Below the pieces are notes generated by a model that was not told where the DNA came from, did no database searches, and worked only from the letters and a program-made list of their open reading frames with translations. DNA of 64,000 nucleotides from assembly GCF_009914755.1 (NCBI RefSeq), contig NC_060943.1; one strand, written 5' to 3'. This DNA is from the human T2T-CHM13v2.0 reference genome, Homo sapiens. Positions 1 through 47,469 of this stretch are shown one piece after another (position 1 is the first letter of the stretch; each line of letters begins with the position of its first letter). The translations under genes were made by a program, and so were the position numbers.

Positions 1-1289
1 ATAAAAATAGAGGGAAAAAAGTAACTCGCGTAGTGAGTACCAAGTACGTACGTACCCAGCTCTGTGCCAAGATCTGATGTTCATTTTATTCTCACAGTGA
101 TTCCATGAGGTGGAGACAAAGATGTACACGCCCGAGGCTACCCAGCAGGGAGGCAGACTCCAGGCCTGACCCCTGGGGTCTCCACATTTACATGCAAGGT
201 CCTAACCCCCTCAGGACCCCACCACAGCCCATTCAGGCTGACGTTGGTTGGATTCCTGTTTTACAGATGAGGAAATGAGCTTGGAGGCAAAGTCCCTGGT
301 CCAGAAAGAACCCAGGTCCACCTCACGCAAACCTTGTCCTGGTTCCAGAGGGAGTATGTGGGGTAGAGACACCTTTGGCATGTCACACCCCCGGCTATAA
401 GAATCATCCTAACTGATGGCTTGGAGCAGGGGACTGGAGGAGGGTTTGGAGAGTGGATCAGGAGTGGCATAGGAGGCAGAGCCAGCCTCTCCTATCCTCT
501 AGTTGTGTGATCATGGCAAGGTACCCATGCTGAGCCTCAGTCTTCTATATCTGTAATATGGGTGTAATAATAATACCACCTATAGGAAAAATTAAATGAG
601 CTAATGTTAGTAAAGTGCTTAGAATGCTTAGAACAGCACCAAGCCCATACATAGTAGGTGCTCACTGAACATAGCTTATAGGGCCGTGAGGTGCCTCCTG
701 TCCAGTGCTGAGGCCTGTCCTCACTGTGCCTTCACCTACCATCCCCCACCAGTGGAAGGGCCCGGAACAGCAAGAGGGTTATTCTCTGCAGGGGAATTTC
801 ACAGCTCAGAAGGTGCTGGCGTAAAAGTCTAGACCACAGAGGTGTCGGATGTCCCTGGCTCCCTGCCCCTCTGCCATGGTCCTGCCCCACACCCTGGCTC
901 CTCTTGCCTGGCAGGGCTGGGCCAGGGGGATTCTGAGACCTTACCCCACCCGGAATTGGAGGCTAGGATCTGGGTAGTGACCCTTCAGCCGAGAGTCTCA
1001 CTCCCACCCTGGTCCTGACAGCCCAGAACTCCCATCTCCATTCTCTCAATTTGGCAGAACCTACTGGTAGGACAGGCCACTCACCACTGCTGGGGCAGGA
1101 TTCCACATCCATCCTAGGCCAGCTACATGACTCTGGGCAGGGGCACGGCCCTCTCCCAGCCTCAGTTTCTTCATCTGTAAAATGGGGATAATAGAACTTG
1201 CTGAAGGTTTGGGGCAGTAGAAGTGGGTTCTGCAAATCCCAAGGACTTAGTGAACATTGGCATTCATTTATTTGTTTGACAAATATTGA

Positions 1290-2197
<908 letters not shown>

Positions 2198-3055
2198 ATA
2201 ATGTCAGGTAGTGAGGCTGCTGTGGAAAACACTCAACAAGAGGTAAAGAGTAAAGGAGGTCAGGTTAGGAGCGGGGAAGGCAGTTTACCCTGAAGGGACA
2301 CAGAAGACCTGACGAAGGTGACATTGGAGCCATGGAGGCCCACGGAGAGGGGCGGGGCAGGGGGGGAGAGCCGGGGCAGAGGGGAGAGCTGGGGCCAAGG
2401 CCCTGAGGCAGGAACGGGTTCCCTGTGTTGGGAACAGCAGGAGGGCCTGAACAGCCAGAGTGGAGTGGGAGGAAAGAGGGGTAGAAGGTGACATCAGGGA
2501 CATAAATGGGTGCAGGGGATCACGAAGGGGTCCTCCTCCTGAAACAGCACCTCCAGATTCCCGGGGCTGCTTCTCTCCAGGGTGCCCCGCCTGCTTGGGT
2601 GAGGTCCGGATTGTAGCTGTAGTCCTAGCCTGACGGCCCCCCACCCTCCTCTAATGCCTACTTGGGGTCCCTGCACATTGACCCCCAGGCCTGGATATCA
2701 GGGCTCAGGGGAGATAACTTGGAGGTTCGCCCTCTGGAACTCCTGAGGATGACCTCCATCATTTGAAGTCGGAAACCCGGCCCCCAAACTGCGCTCTAAG
2801 TCCTCCTGTGACTCTGGGGGTGACCTTTCCAGACTCCCTGGGAAGGTGGGGGGGGGGGTGGTCCTCAGAGCCCCAGCGGGGTCGGAGACACACAGACCAC
2901 CCTCCCCGTTCCCAGAAGTCGCGGTCCCTGCGCCACCCGGAGAGGCCGGTGCAGCGGGCGCCTCCCGGGCCGCTGCGGCAAAGGCTGGGCGGCCGCGCCT
3001 TCCCCCCGCGGTGATTCATCCCGCCCCCTCCCTCTCCTCCCTCGTCCCTCCCTAG

Positions 3056-3082
3056 GCCGCCGCCGCCGCCGCCGCCGCCGCC
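3056..3082 (+). repeat. (GCC)9 trinucleotide repeat
   Basis: Nine uninterrupted gcc units followed by gct. Confidence 0.95.
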
Positions 3083-3438
3083 GCTGCAGTGCGCAGGAGA
3101 CCGCGGTCCGCGCCCGAGCGCGCCCGAGCCGGAGCGGGACCGGGGTCGGTGCACCTAGCGGATGTGCCCGGCTGCGCGCGCCAGCGCAGCAGCCCGAGCA
3201 GCGGCCGCCGCCCGCGCGGCGGGGATGCCCGGACGCCGGGCCCCGGGGCTGGGCCCCCGGCGGTAACCGGAGCGGGGGGGCCGCGCCCCCCCTCCTCCCC
3301 CCTCGCCGGTCCCAGAGCCGCAGCTGCTGCGCCCGCGCGCTCCCGGGGACATTCTAACCGCCGCCAGGTCCCGCCGCCTCTCGCCCCGCTATTAATACCG
3401 GCGGCCCGGGAGGGGGGCGCAGCACGCGCCGCGCAGCC

Positions 3439-12319
<8,881 letters not shown>

Positions 12320-12414
12320 CCCTGGTAAGGCGGATGGGCTGGCAGAGGGGAAGGGGATTGGGAGGGGCCGAAGTCCCCCAGGTCCCTAATTCCCCCTCTC
12401 TTGCTCCCCTTCAG

Positions 12415-13070
12415 GCCCTGGGCCCCGCCTCAAGGAAGAGCCAGCCGTAATGGGGACTCTCCAGGCACCGCCTGCCCCCAGCGTGGGGGTGGCCACTCCT
12501 GGGCCCCAGAAAGCCTCAGAGTCCTGCCGACGGAGCCACTGGGGTGGGAGGGGGCAGGGGGCTTGGCTCGCACCCCCACTTTCGCCTCCTCCAGCTCCTG
12601 CCCCGCCGGCCGCGCACCGCCATGCATGATGGGTAAAGCAATACTGCCGCTGCCCCCACCCTGCTTCTGCTGCCTGTTTGGGGAGGGGGGCGGTGAGGTG
12701 GGGGCAGCGGCCCCGCACCCCTCCTCCTTGCTGATTTGCACACATTGGCCGCTTCAGACACGCACTTCTGGGGCCAGCCCCTCCCCGCCTCCTCCCTGCC
12801 TGGCGGCAGGGGTCGCGATGATGGGCTGGAGCAGTTTGGGGCAGGGGGTTCTGGGACCCACTCCGACTCCCCCTCCCCGGCATCATTTCCCCTCCCGCTT
12901 CCTCCGGCTGGACCTGGGGTCCCCCCTCCCTGTAATGCACTCCTGCCCCGGCCCAACCTCGCCCTCTCTCACCAGCCTTGAACTGTGGCCACCTAGAAAG
13001 GGGCCCATTCAGCCTCGTCTCTTTACAGAAGTAGTTTTGTTCATGAAATAAAGACTCTTGGACTTGATGC
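12415..13070 (+). other. SCN1B: SCN1B non-coding terminal exon (3' UTR)
   Basis: Pyrimidine tract and tcag acceptor ending at 12414; AATAAA at 13047; 3' end approximate. Confidence 0.85.
13047..13052 (+). terminator. SCN1B: SCN1B polyadenylation signal
   Basis: AATAAA at the end of the terminal exon. Confidence 0.9.
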
Positions 13071-13123
13071 ATAGTTTCGATTGTGAGCCCCGTCACCTTC
13101 CCCCCATTCCCGTCCCCGAATCT

Positions 13124-13163
13124 TCGAGCCCGCTTTCCAGGGACCCTACCTGAGGGCCCACAG
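13124..13163 (+). other. HPN: HPN distal non-coding first exon (start approximate)
   Basis: tcgagcccgctttccagggaccctacctgagggcccacag matches the hepsin cDNA 5' end as I recall it; donor gtgaag at 13164. Confidence 0.7.
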
Positions 13164-14339
13164 GTGAAGCCACTTAGTGCCTGATCTGTGTCGGGGTTGG
13201 GGGAGCCATGGGCTCAGGGGTGAGGGAGAGTGGAACGGAGCCAGGAAGGGAGGGGGTGCCGTGGAGGGAAGAGAATCGAGGCTGATGCTGGGGTGCAGGG
13301 GTGGCATGGGGTGTGTGGTGTGCCCAGCAGTGTGAGTCTCTGGAGAGGTGGGCGCTGGGGAGAAGGAGAGGGAAGGAGAGACGGGTATGGATGGAAAGGC
13401 AGAGGAAGCCAGGCTAAACCAGCGTGTCCCAATGAGGGGCCCTGGGCTGAGTGGAGGAAATGGGTGCGGTGGAGGTGGGTTTGGCTGGGCACAGCGGGCA
13501 CGTGTGGGTAAGCGGGTGGGGCCGGTTGTGCGGGTGGCCTATCTGGGGCAAGCAGCCGAGGCCGACTGTGTCCGGCGTGTGGTTGAGCACGGGCAGGTGT
13601 CTGGCGGTGACCCTGCACGTCTGGTGTTTACCTGGCCCTGGGTCTGACGTGGGCCGCGCCTGGCTGCTGGCGGGACAGTGTGTTATCTGCCTGCGGACGC
13701 TTCCGGCCACTTGGCCTGGGCCTCTGCCCTTAGCGCTGTGTTTTCCCGGCCAAGCCCCCCATCCCCCCTATCTAGTGCTAGGACTTTCTGGCTCCAGAGG
13801 TCACCGCGGCCGGGCGGAGGCTGCCAAAGCAAACCAGCCCCGTGACTTGTAGGAAGCCAGCGGGGGAGGGGCCGGGGCAGGATGAGCAGGGCAGGCGGGA
13901 GAGGCTGGGGCTGGGGTTGGGGCCCAGGAATTGGGCAGGGAATTAGGCAGAGGTGCAGCAAGTGGCGGGCACAGCCAGGACCTGGGGCTGGAGGACGCAG
14001 AAAGGGCGGGGGGAAGGGTTCGCTGGGTGAGGGTGGAGTGGGCTTAGGGCAGCTGGGGCCCTCCATCTGATCTCTTCTGGTCAGACCCCCACCCTTCAGC
14101 CTGCACTTTCTCCCTAAACCCCCAGCCTCCGGCCAGGCCTGTCCCTGTTCCCACATCCCCGCAGACAGGCACACCTGGGTCCCCCTGGAGGTCCAAGGCA
14201 AGCCCCGTAGCTGGGCCCGCCTGGTCCAGCCCCCACAAGCCCGGCCCCATCAGCCAGGTGGCCTCCAGTGCTGCCAATCGAATGGTCCGGCCCCTCCCCG
14301 CCCCTTCACCCGCCCCTCGCCCAGCCCCCTCCTCCTCAG

Positions 14340-14490
14340 GTGAGGCAGCCTGGCCTAGCAGGCCCCACGCCACCGCCTCTGCCTCCAGGCCGCCCGCTGC
14401 TGCGGGGCCACCATGCTCCTGCCCAGGCCTGGAGACTGACCCGACCCCGGCACTACCTCGAGGCTCCGCCCCCACCTGCTGGACCCCAGG
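14340..14490 (+). other. HPN: HPN 5' UTR exon (contains a uORF)
   Basis: cctcctcag acceptor and gtaagg donor at 14491; matches recalled hepsin 5' UTR. Confidence 0.8.
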
Positions 14491-15070
14491 GTAAGGACAA
14501 GGGCCCCCAGACTCACAGTTCCAGCCCTGAGGACAGGGGTTCCCTCATCCCCCCACCCAGCCTAATGCCCACCTCCTAATAGAGGGGTTCCTGGGGACCT
14601 GAAGAGGGGGCACTATGACGTCCCCCCAAGCACCTAGGTGTTCTGTCCTGCTCTTCCTTCAGACTCAGCCGTTGGACCCCAGTCCTTTCCTCCCCAGACC
14701 CAGGAGTTCCAGCCCTCAGGCCCCTCCTCCCTCATACTAGGGAGTCCTGGCCCCCAAATTCCTCCTTTCCCAAGACTTATGATTTCAGGTCCTCAGCTGT
14801 CTCCTCCCTCAAACCGGGATCCTCAGTCCCCTGCTCCACCAGGCTCAGGCATGGGGGTCCCCATCCCTGCAAATCCAGGCGTCCCCCCGCTGCTGGTCAG
14901 ACACTGACCCCATCCTTGAACCCAGCCCAATCTGCGTCCGTGATCACGGCGTGCTCTGGCCAAGGCCCAGTCCCTACAGCCTGCCTGGATGGACGCCTGG
15001 GACTGGGGGCGCCAGGACTGGGCTGGGCTGGGCTCCCCCAGGCCCTGCCTCCCCGTCCATCTCCTCACAG

Positions 15071-15124
15071 GTCCCACCCTGGCCCAGGAGGTCAGCCAGG
15101 GAATCATTAACAAGAGGCAGTGAC

Positions 15125-15140
<16 letters not shown>
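15071..15140 (+). CDS. HPN: HPN start-codon exon (ATG 15125, MAQKE)
   Basis: cacag acceptor; gtgacATGg; gtgagt donor. Confidence 0.95.
15099..15111 (-). promoter_or_regulatory. HNF1-like binding motif
   Basis: Reverse complement GTTAATGATTccc versus consensus GTTAATNATTAAC; a second motif ATTAACTATTAAC at 15290-15302. Confidence 0.55.
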
Positions 15141-38883
<23,743 letters not shown>

Positions 38884-39148
38884 CCGGTGGCTTCTCGCTG
38901 CGCAGCCTCCAGGGCCCGAGGTGATCCCGGTGGTGGGATCCACGCTGGGCCTAGGATGGGACGTTTTTCTTCTTGGGCCCGGTCCACAGGTCCAAGGACA
39001 CCCTCCCTCCAGGGTCCTCTCTTCCACAGTGGCGGGCCCACTCAGCCCCGAGACCACCCAACCTCACCCTCCTGACCCCCATGTAAATATTGTTCTGCTG
39101 TCTGGGACTCCTGTCTAGGTGCCCCTGATGACGGGATGCTCTTTAAAT

Positions 39149-39154
39149 AATAAA
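39149..39154 (+). terminator. HPN: HPN polyadenylation signal
   Basis: AATAAA about 265 nt after the stop codon. Confidence 0.9.
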
Positions 39155-40025
39155 GATGGTTTTGATTAATGTGGCCTCCGAGCTTACAAATGTACACAGC
39201 AATGAGGACATTTTGTCAGGAAGGAAGAGAAGAATTAGGACCTGGCGCAAATCAGACAGAGAGTGTGGGTCCCTCAGTTCCCACTGATTTGAGATTTAAG
39301 ATTTTAATTGGTTCACTTAACTGGAATTTTCCTGGAGCAAATTGGCTTCAGGTACAGCTGGATCCAGCTGCTCTCTCAAATCTGCCTTAGGCTGTGTTAG
39401 CTTCATTTCCAAGCAGCCTCTCCTACAACCAGAGAGAGAGATGTCCCCTTCCACACAAACTCTTTCCCAATCACTGCAGAAAAAGTCCCAGGCAACAACA
39501 ACAAAAACCCAGGCCCAGCTCCCATTGTACAGATTTGGGTCACGTGCTCATCCCTTGGCAAATCACTGTGCACCGGATGTACGCGGTAGGGGTGGAGCGG
39601 GGTGGAGTGGGAGGCGCTAGGCCTTCAAGAATCGTGTGACCTGAGTGTGGGAGTCCCAAAGGAAATAGGGTGCTATTTCCAGAAGTGGAAATAGATGCTC
39701 AGTGAGCAAAAAAGACATCTACCTTGAACCAACACGGAAAACGGGGCCCTGTAAGGTGGAGATAGGGAGACGCTGGGAACACAGCCTGAGACCCTCCCCC
39801 AACCCCTTTCTCCATCTGGGCAGCTTCTGGGGAGGAACCCCCTTCTGTAGAGCCTCTGCAGAGCCTCATGCAGCCCCGATGGCCACCAGGGGGCACTGCT
39901 GCCCCAACATTGTGACACATTAAGGGGTTTCCTGCCTGGAGTCAGCCGCATGTTGCTGAAAACCTGCTGTTCTGCTGAAGAAAGGCTCAGCGGGGGAGCC
40001 TGTTCACCATGACTTTAAATAATAA

Positions 40026-40717
<692 letters not shown>

Positions 40718-40771
40718 CTGGGATTACAGATGTCTGCTGCCACACCTGGCTAATTTTTGTATTTTTAGTAG

Positions 40772-40903
<132 letters not shown>

Positions 40904-41480
40904 TGATCTACAAGAGCTCCTTTGAGAAACTGACAAACTGTGCATTTGGAAAACGATCCCAGCGTCACTCCCCGATCCCCACACCCCTGGCGAGGTTGAG
41001 CCCCACCACTGCTTTGTTGGTCAGGAGCCCCCAGGCCCACATCGTGTTAGCAGAGCCTCAGTGCAGTTTCCCCAAACGTCTACCTCTGGCTGTGGTGTTC
41101 TACCCATGGCATGTGGGATGTAATTTGAGACCTGACCTACGGCTTGCTTTGTTAGAAACGTATTGAGCTACAACACGGAGTGACTGAGTTTTCCTTTGTA
41201 ATTGCCAGCTGAGAAATGTACTGTACCTGTGTTTTAGGAAGTCTGGGGACTCTGAGAGAACATGGTCCACCCTGGGGGTTCTAAACTGAGGTGACCATGT
41301 CCTGGAGGGACACAGTTCGCTCTGGTGAGGAGAAGGGCGGGTGTGAGGGGCACTGAAGAAGGCATGGCCCTGCCCTGGGAAGTCTGGGGGGGATGTGGCC
41401 TTATTCTAGGGGATCTGATGGAAATTTGGTCATTAAAAGCCAACAGGCATCCTGCTGGGAAAATAAAAACCAGGTGGCCA

Positions 41481-42050
41481 CGTTATTGGAAAGGGGTCCT
41501 GATCCAGACCCCAGGGGTTCTTGGATCTCGTGCAAGAAAGAATTCATGGCAAGTCCACAGAGTAAAGTGAAAGCAAGTTGATTAAGAAAGTAAAGGAATA
41601 AAAGAATGGCTACTCCATAGACAGAGCAGCCCCGAGGGTTGCTGGTTGCCCATTGTTATGGTTATTTCTTGATTTAGTCTTGATTTATTATTTAGTTATG
41701 CTAAACAAGGGGTGGATTATTGACGCCTCCCCTTTTTAGACCATATAGGATAACTTCCCAACATTGCCACGGCATTTGTAAATTGTCATAGCGCTGGTGG
41801 GGGTGTAGCAGTGAGGACAATCAGAGGTCACTTTCATGGCCATCTTGGTTTTGGTGGGTTTTCCCGACTTCTTTACTGCAGTCTGTTTTATCAGAAAGGT
41901 CTTTATGACCTGTATCTTGTGCCGACCTCCTCTCTCATCCTCTGACTTAGAATGCCTTAATTTACCGGGAATGCGGGCCAGCAGGTCTCCGCCTTACTTT
42001 ACCCAGGTCCTATTTAAGATGGAGTTGCTCTGGTTCAAACGCCTCTGACA
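41481..42050 (-). mobile_element. MER41-family solo LTR (ERV1), probably MER41A type
   Basis: gaaaggggtcctgatccagacccc...aagatggagttgctctggttcaaacgcctctgaca; 4-bp TSD gcca. Confidence 0.8.
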
Positions 42051-42729
42051 GCCATTCTGAGTTCTGTCTGCACTGTTGCTTTGTTGGAGGAGTGGAGGGG
42101 CTGGGGAGATTGTGATTCACTCAACAGCCATTCACTGGTTTCCCTTGTATGCCAGGGGTCAGTGAGCCTCAGTTTCTCCTCCTGCTCCCAGCAACCTTGC
42201 CACTCACCCCAAAGAGCTAGGAAGATATTTAAAAAGAATAATAACAGTCACAAGGTTGCTTTCAGTTCCTGCCAGGGTCTCAGTCTTCAGAAAAGCTGAA
42301 TATGAAAATTACTTCCATGTCATTGTGGTGCCGCTCAGAATCAGAAATATTTGACCCATCTTACAGAATTAGTGCAACTACATCAGGAACCCAAGCCAAG
42401 TTTTGCATTCCTATTTAGCATTTATATCTACATAGTCCTTTTCAAATATAGAAAAGCTTTCTGGATGTTAGTTGGAACAGATAGCTCCATATGTGGTTAT
42501 AAGTTGGCATTCTCCCAGCTGGGTTGAAGGAGAAATGTACAGCTACTCTGCCACAACAGTTATTTCATACATAAAATCACAGCCATGATTAGCAATGATG
42601 GTGAAGGCTATTCATTTTATATTCAGAAATAATTATTGTGAACATTCAGATAGCAGCATAAGTAGGGAGATGGACTTTAGTTTCTGCATAAAAAGTAACA
42701 CTGTTTCAATCCTGCAGTTATGAAGCGAG

Positions 42730-43500
42730 GAGCTGTTTTGGCTCTTGCTGCATGACATACCACCCAAAGCTAGTGGGTACAGTAAATGCTCATGGATTCT
42801 GCAGCTCAGAAAGTTGGACAGGGAACAGCAGGCACAGCTTGTCTCTGCTCCCTGATGACCAGGTCCTTAGCTAGAAAGCCTAAAGGAACAGGGACTGGAA
42901 TAGGGAGGCTTCTTTTGTTTGTTTGTTTTGAAACAGGGTCCCACTCTGTCGCCCAGGCTGGAGTGCAGTGGTGTGATCATGGCTCACTAAAACTTCTACC
43001 ACCTGGGCTCAATCGATCCTCCCAACTTAGCTTCCCAAGTAACTGGGACTACGGGTGTGTGCCACCATACCCAACTAATTTTATTTTTTTTTTGTAGAGA
43101 TGGGACTGGTTGCCCAGGCTGGTCTTGAACTCCTGGGCTCAAGTGACCCTCCTGCCTCGGTATCCCAAAAGGAGGCTCTTTACTCACAAGTCTAGTATCC
43201 GGGCTGGGATCACTCAAAAGCTGAGCTCAGCTGGTACTGTGGACTCATTGTCTGGCTAACTTGGGCTTCCTTCCAATATGGCTACCCAAGGACATTTGAA
43301 CTTCTCACGTGGTGGCTCATGGCTCCAGAGTGAGCATTCCAGCAGACACTGGCCTTTACACCCCAGCCTCATTTCTGCTCCACTCTGTCAGCTGAAGCAA
43401 TCACAAACCTGTCCAGACCCTAGAGGAGGAGATGGAGACCCCACCCTTTGGTGGTGGAAGGCAGGTCAAAAAATTTGGGGCCACATCTTAAAACTGCCCT
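42730..43500. mobile_element. MLT1-type LTR remnant with a nested Alu
   Basis: MaLR-like phrases gctcatggattctg and ggctgggatcactcaaaagctg. Confidence 0.5.
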
Positions 43501-44355
43501 AGGAGCTTATGGACTATCGGAGCAAATTAACAGCTGACAAAGCAGAGAAATGATCCCTCAGTAAGGTGTTCAACCTGAAATATTTCCCTGCTAAAATTGT
43601 GGATAATAAAATTATGACAGTAATAACTTTTTAGAACACTTTCACATTTGTTCTTACATTACAGAAGTTCATTCTAAGAAGGTGATAGTCAGCTTTGGGC
43701 AAATCTTTAATTTAATACTTCACTAATTAGCATTTGGCCACAATGCCTGTTTCACTTCTAAATAATAATAATAATTTATATTAATAAACATATCCATGCA
43801 TATTTTTGAGCACTTCCTATGTGACAGGTACTGTACTGAGAGTTTTATACATGTTACTTCAGTATTTCCCCAAATTCAGATGTTTGAAAGTGGCTGTCTT
43901 AATTTTTGCTATTCATTCATTCAAATAATATTTATTAAGCACCTATTATGTGCCAGACACTGTTCTAGGAATTGGAGAAATATAGGGGACAGGACAAACC
44001 AACTTTATGGAGCTTAGGGGCAAACAAATACCGCTGGTACTACTTGTATTGTTTTATTCAAATTATCTCTTTTCCTTTTGTGTGTGTGTGTCTTTTTTTT
44101 TTAAGCTTAGCCTTGACTTTATTTATGTATTATTTTTATTGATTTATTTATTTTGAGACCGGGTTATGAGACTGGCTAATTTTTGTATTTTTGATAGTGA
44201 TGGGGTCTCGCTATGCTGCCCAGGCTGGTCTCAGACTCCTGGGCTCAAGCGATCCACCTGCCTTGGCCTCCCAAAGTGCTAGGATTACAGGCATGAGCCA
44301 CTGTGCCCTGCCAGCCTTGACTTTAACAATAATGTTTATGAAACTGTGGGTTTGA

Positions 44356-44661
44356 GGCCGGGTGCAGTGGCTCATACCTGCAATCCCAGCACTTTGGGAG
44401 GCCGAGGCGGGTGGATCACGAGGTCAGGAGATCGAGACCATCCTGGCTAACACGGTGAAACCCCATCTCTACTAAAAATACAAAAAAATTAGCCAGGCAT
44501 GGTGGCGGGTGCCTGTAGTCCCAGCTACTCAGGAGGCTGAGACAGGAGAATGGCGTGAAGCCGGGAGGTGGAGCTTGCAGTGAGCCGAGTTTGCGCCACT
44601 GTACTCCAGCCTGGGCGACAGAGCGAGACTCTGTCTCAAAAAAAAAAAAAAAAAAAAAAAA
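44356..44661 (+). mobile_element. AluY-like full-length element
   Basis: gagatcgagaccatcctggctaacacggtg diagnostic; perfect 16-bp TSD gaaactgtgggtttga. Confidence 0.9.
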
Positions 44662-45184
44662 GAAACTGTGGGTTTGATGTGGCGGTGGCAGATATATGTT
44701 TTTCAATATAAATCAAAACAAATGTATTAAATAAACAAATGCTAGTGAAATAATAACAATTCCTTCTTCACTGCCATCCTATACTCTCCCGGGGTTTCCC
44801 GCCAGCAGCCCATGTGCCGCCCTTTGGGAAACACTTGTTTCATCGCCATGCAAGCTGGGAAGGAGGGTCTGTGGGGTTTGCTGTCCTACAGAGGGGCTGC
44901 ATATCCCGTCCAAGGTCCACCTCCGAGGGGCAGGGCTGGCGCTGGGGCCTGGGGCTGGAACAGCTCGGGATATGGCACTGAGCTCTCATTCCCAGCCTCT
45001 CTCTGCTGAGCAGGTTCGGACACTTTCTCCCTGGCGGGGTGGTGGGGGGGTCCCTGGACCGCTAGGGAAGTGCATGTGTCCAGATGCTGGCGGTGTTCTG
45101 GAGAAAAAGATGGGATGCCTTAACCCAGACACTCCTTGGACTGGTGGTGCAAAAAGGAGCCTTCGAATGAGGACTGGGCCCAGG

Positions 45185-45963
<779 letters not shown>

Positions 45964-46756
45964 CAGGTGACCCTCTGTCCCATGTGGTTTGACCAGGTAA
46001 AGGGCTGTCTGGGGTTTGAGGGTCTGGAGCACCCCTTTGGGACACTGCTTTGAAGATGGAGTCCCCAGTGCCTAACTCTGAGCCTCCTCCACCAGGGTGG
46101 TCCGTGAATCTCACAGGTGCACAGTAACGAGCCCCCTTGCCTGTATGCTCCTCCTCCCCGTCTCCCCGTTCACGTCTCCAGGCGAATCTCCCCTTCTGGG
46201 TCCAGTAACACTCCTAAATGCCTGACCTTGACTATCCACCATGGCAGCCCCAGCCATGCCCTGCAGATGCCCACCCCTGGGCCCCCGGGGCTGGCCAGCA
46301 GCCCACGAGTCTCCCCAGCCACACATCTTGGCCCTGCTTGATGCACATGCACTCCGTTCCTGGATGCTGTGTGCTCATCTCTAACCTGCTCCAAGAGAAC
46401 CAGCAGGGCCCCATGGGAAGAGGCTCCCTGCATGTTCAGCTGTCTGTCAGCAGCGGCCCTTCACCAAGCAGTGGCTCAACTTTCCCACTGTGGATCGCTT
46501 GACTTGTGCCCAGCCCTGCTAATGGGTGGGGGGTTCCTCCAGGGTCTGGCAACCCGGCCCCCTGGGAAAGCCCTGGAAGATTTCCATCCCCTCTTTCCTC
46601 CCTTGCCCTGCCCACCAACCCCAGACCTGGCCCAGCCTCAGGCAGACCGGATGGGAACCAGGATCCCTGGGAGACCCCCAGGCCCCCTGGACCCTCGAAC
46701 AATGGAAGGTGAGCTCCAGCTGCCCCGTCCCCACCCTGGCCCCACCTCTGCCCTGG

Positions 46757-46792
46757 TATAAGCCCGCCTGGCCCGCAGCACCTGCAGCCACC
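46757..46792 (+). promoter_or_regulatory. TATA box and Kozak context of the tectorin-like gene relic
   Basis: TATAA at 46757-46761; gcagccaccATGg with ATG at 46793. Confidence 0.6.
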
Positions 46793-46820
46793 ATGGGGAT
46801 ACTGTGGCTTCTGCTGGTGG
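46793..46820 (+). pseudogene. Relic exon 1: MGILWLLLV (signal peptide start)
   Basis: Perfect Kozak, hydrophobic codons, gtgagt donor (phase 1). Confidence 0.75.
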
Positions 46821-46900
46821 GTGAGTAGGAGTGGGGACTCTGGAAGGGGGTCGACTGTGCCACGTGGGCCCCAGCCCTTAGCTGACATCCTTCCCCTCAG

Positions 46901-46939
46901 TCCTACAGAACCAAGTGACTTGGAGCAAGGAGATCAGAG
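46901..46939 (+). pseudogene. Relic exon 2: VLQNQVTWSKEIR (signal peptide end)
   Basis: ctgac branch-like motif, ttcccctcag acceptor, gtgaga donor; 39 nt, phase 1-1, open frame. Confidence 0.6.
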
Positions 46940-47134
46940 GTGAGAATGGATGTGCTCCCTAACCTGGAGAGAGGACAGGGCCATGTGGACAGGCAGGGAG
47001 GGCTCCAGGGGTCTGAGGAGCCATGGCCCCACCCTGGAGTCCCTCAGGGGACCTGGAGCTTTCTCTTGGGGACTGAGGGGACACAGCCCTGCCCTGGGGC
47101 TCTGAGGGGAGCCTCAGTGGTCTCGTGTCCCCAG

Positions 47135-47265
47135 CCTCGCTCCTGTACCCCTATGGGCTGGAGTGTGGGGATCAGGCCCTCCCTGCAGAGGATGATGACT
47201 TCTCTGAGGAGCTGCGGCTGCTGGAGCCCTTCATGCTCTTTGAAGCCACACACGGGACGGCCTAT
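47135..47265 (+). pseudogene. Relic exon 3: ASLLYPYGLECGDQALPAEDDDFSEELRLLEPFMLFEATHGTAY (NIDO N-terminal region)
   Basis: ccccag acceptor and gtgagt donor; LYPYG...DD motif of the TECTA/SNED1/nidogen N-terminus. Confidence 0.88.
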
Positions 47266-47469
47266 GTGAGTGCCCTGGCCCTGACCGTGCGGTCCCTGGG
47301 CTCTCTCTCTTCTCCCCACCCCACTCTTGACTCGGAGCCTGTCTATATCTATAGCTCCTGGCTCCTTCTGGCTTCGTCCTCTGTCTTCCTGGGGCGGGCC
47401 CTGTCCCTCTTCTGTCCCCTGCCCTGCCAACACCCCCCTGCGGGTCTTGCCCTTCCTCACTTCCCCCAG

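Noticed and set aside
3389-3398. ctattaatac TATA/MEF2-like palindrome before the SCN1B ATG
   Set aside because: Imperfect MEF2 match and probably within the 5' UTR; function is unsupported
47266-47469. Open in-frame intron within ORF 47125-47652
   Set aside because: It has clear donor and acceptor sites and no NIDO similarity; most likely chance
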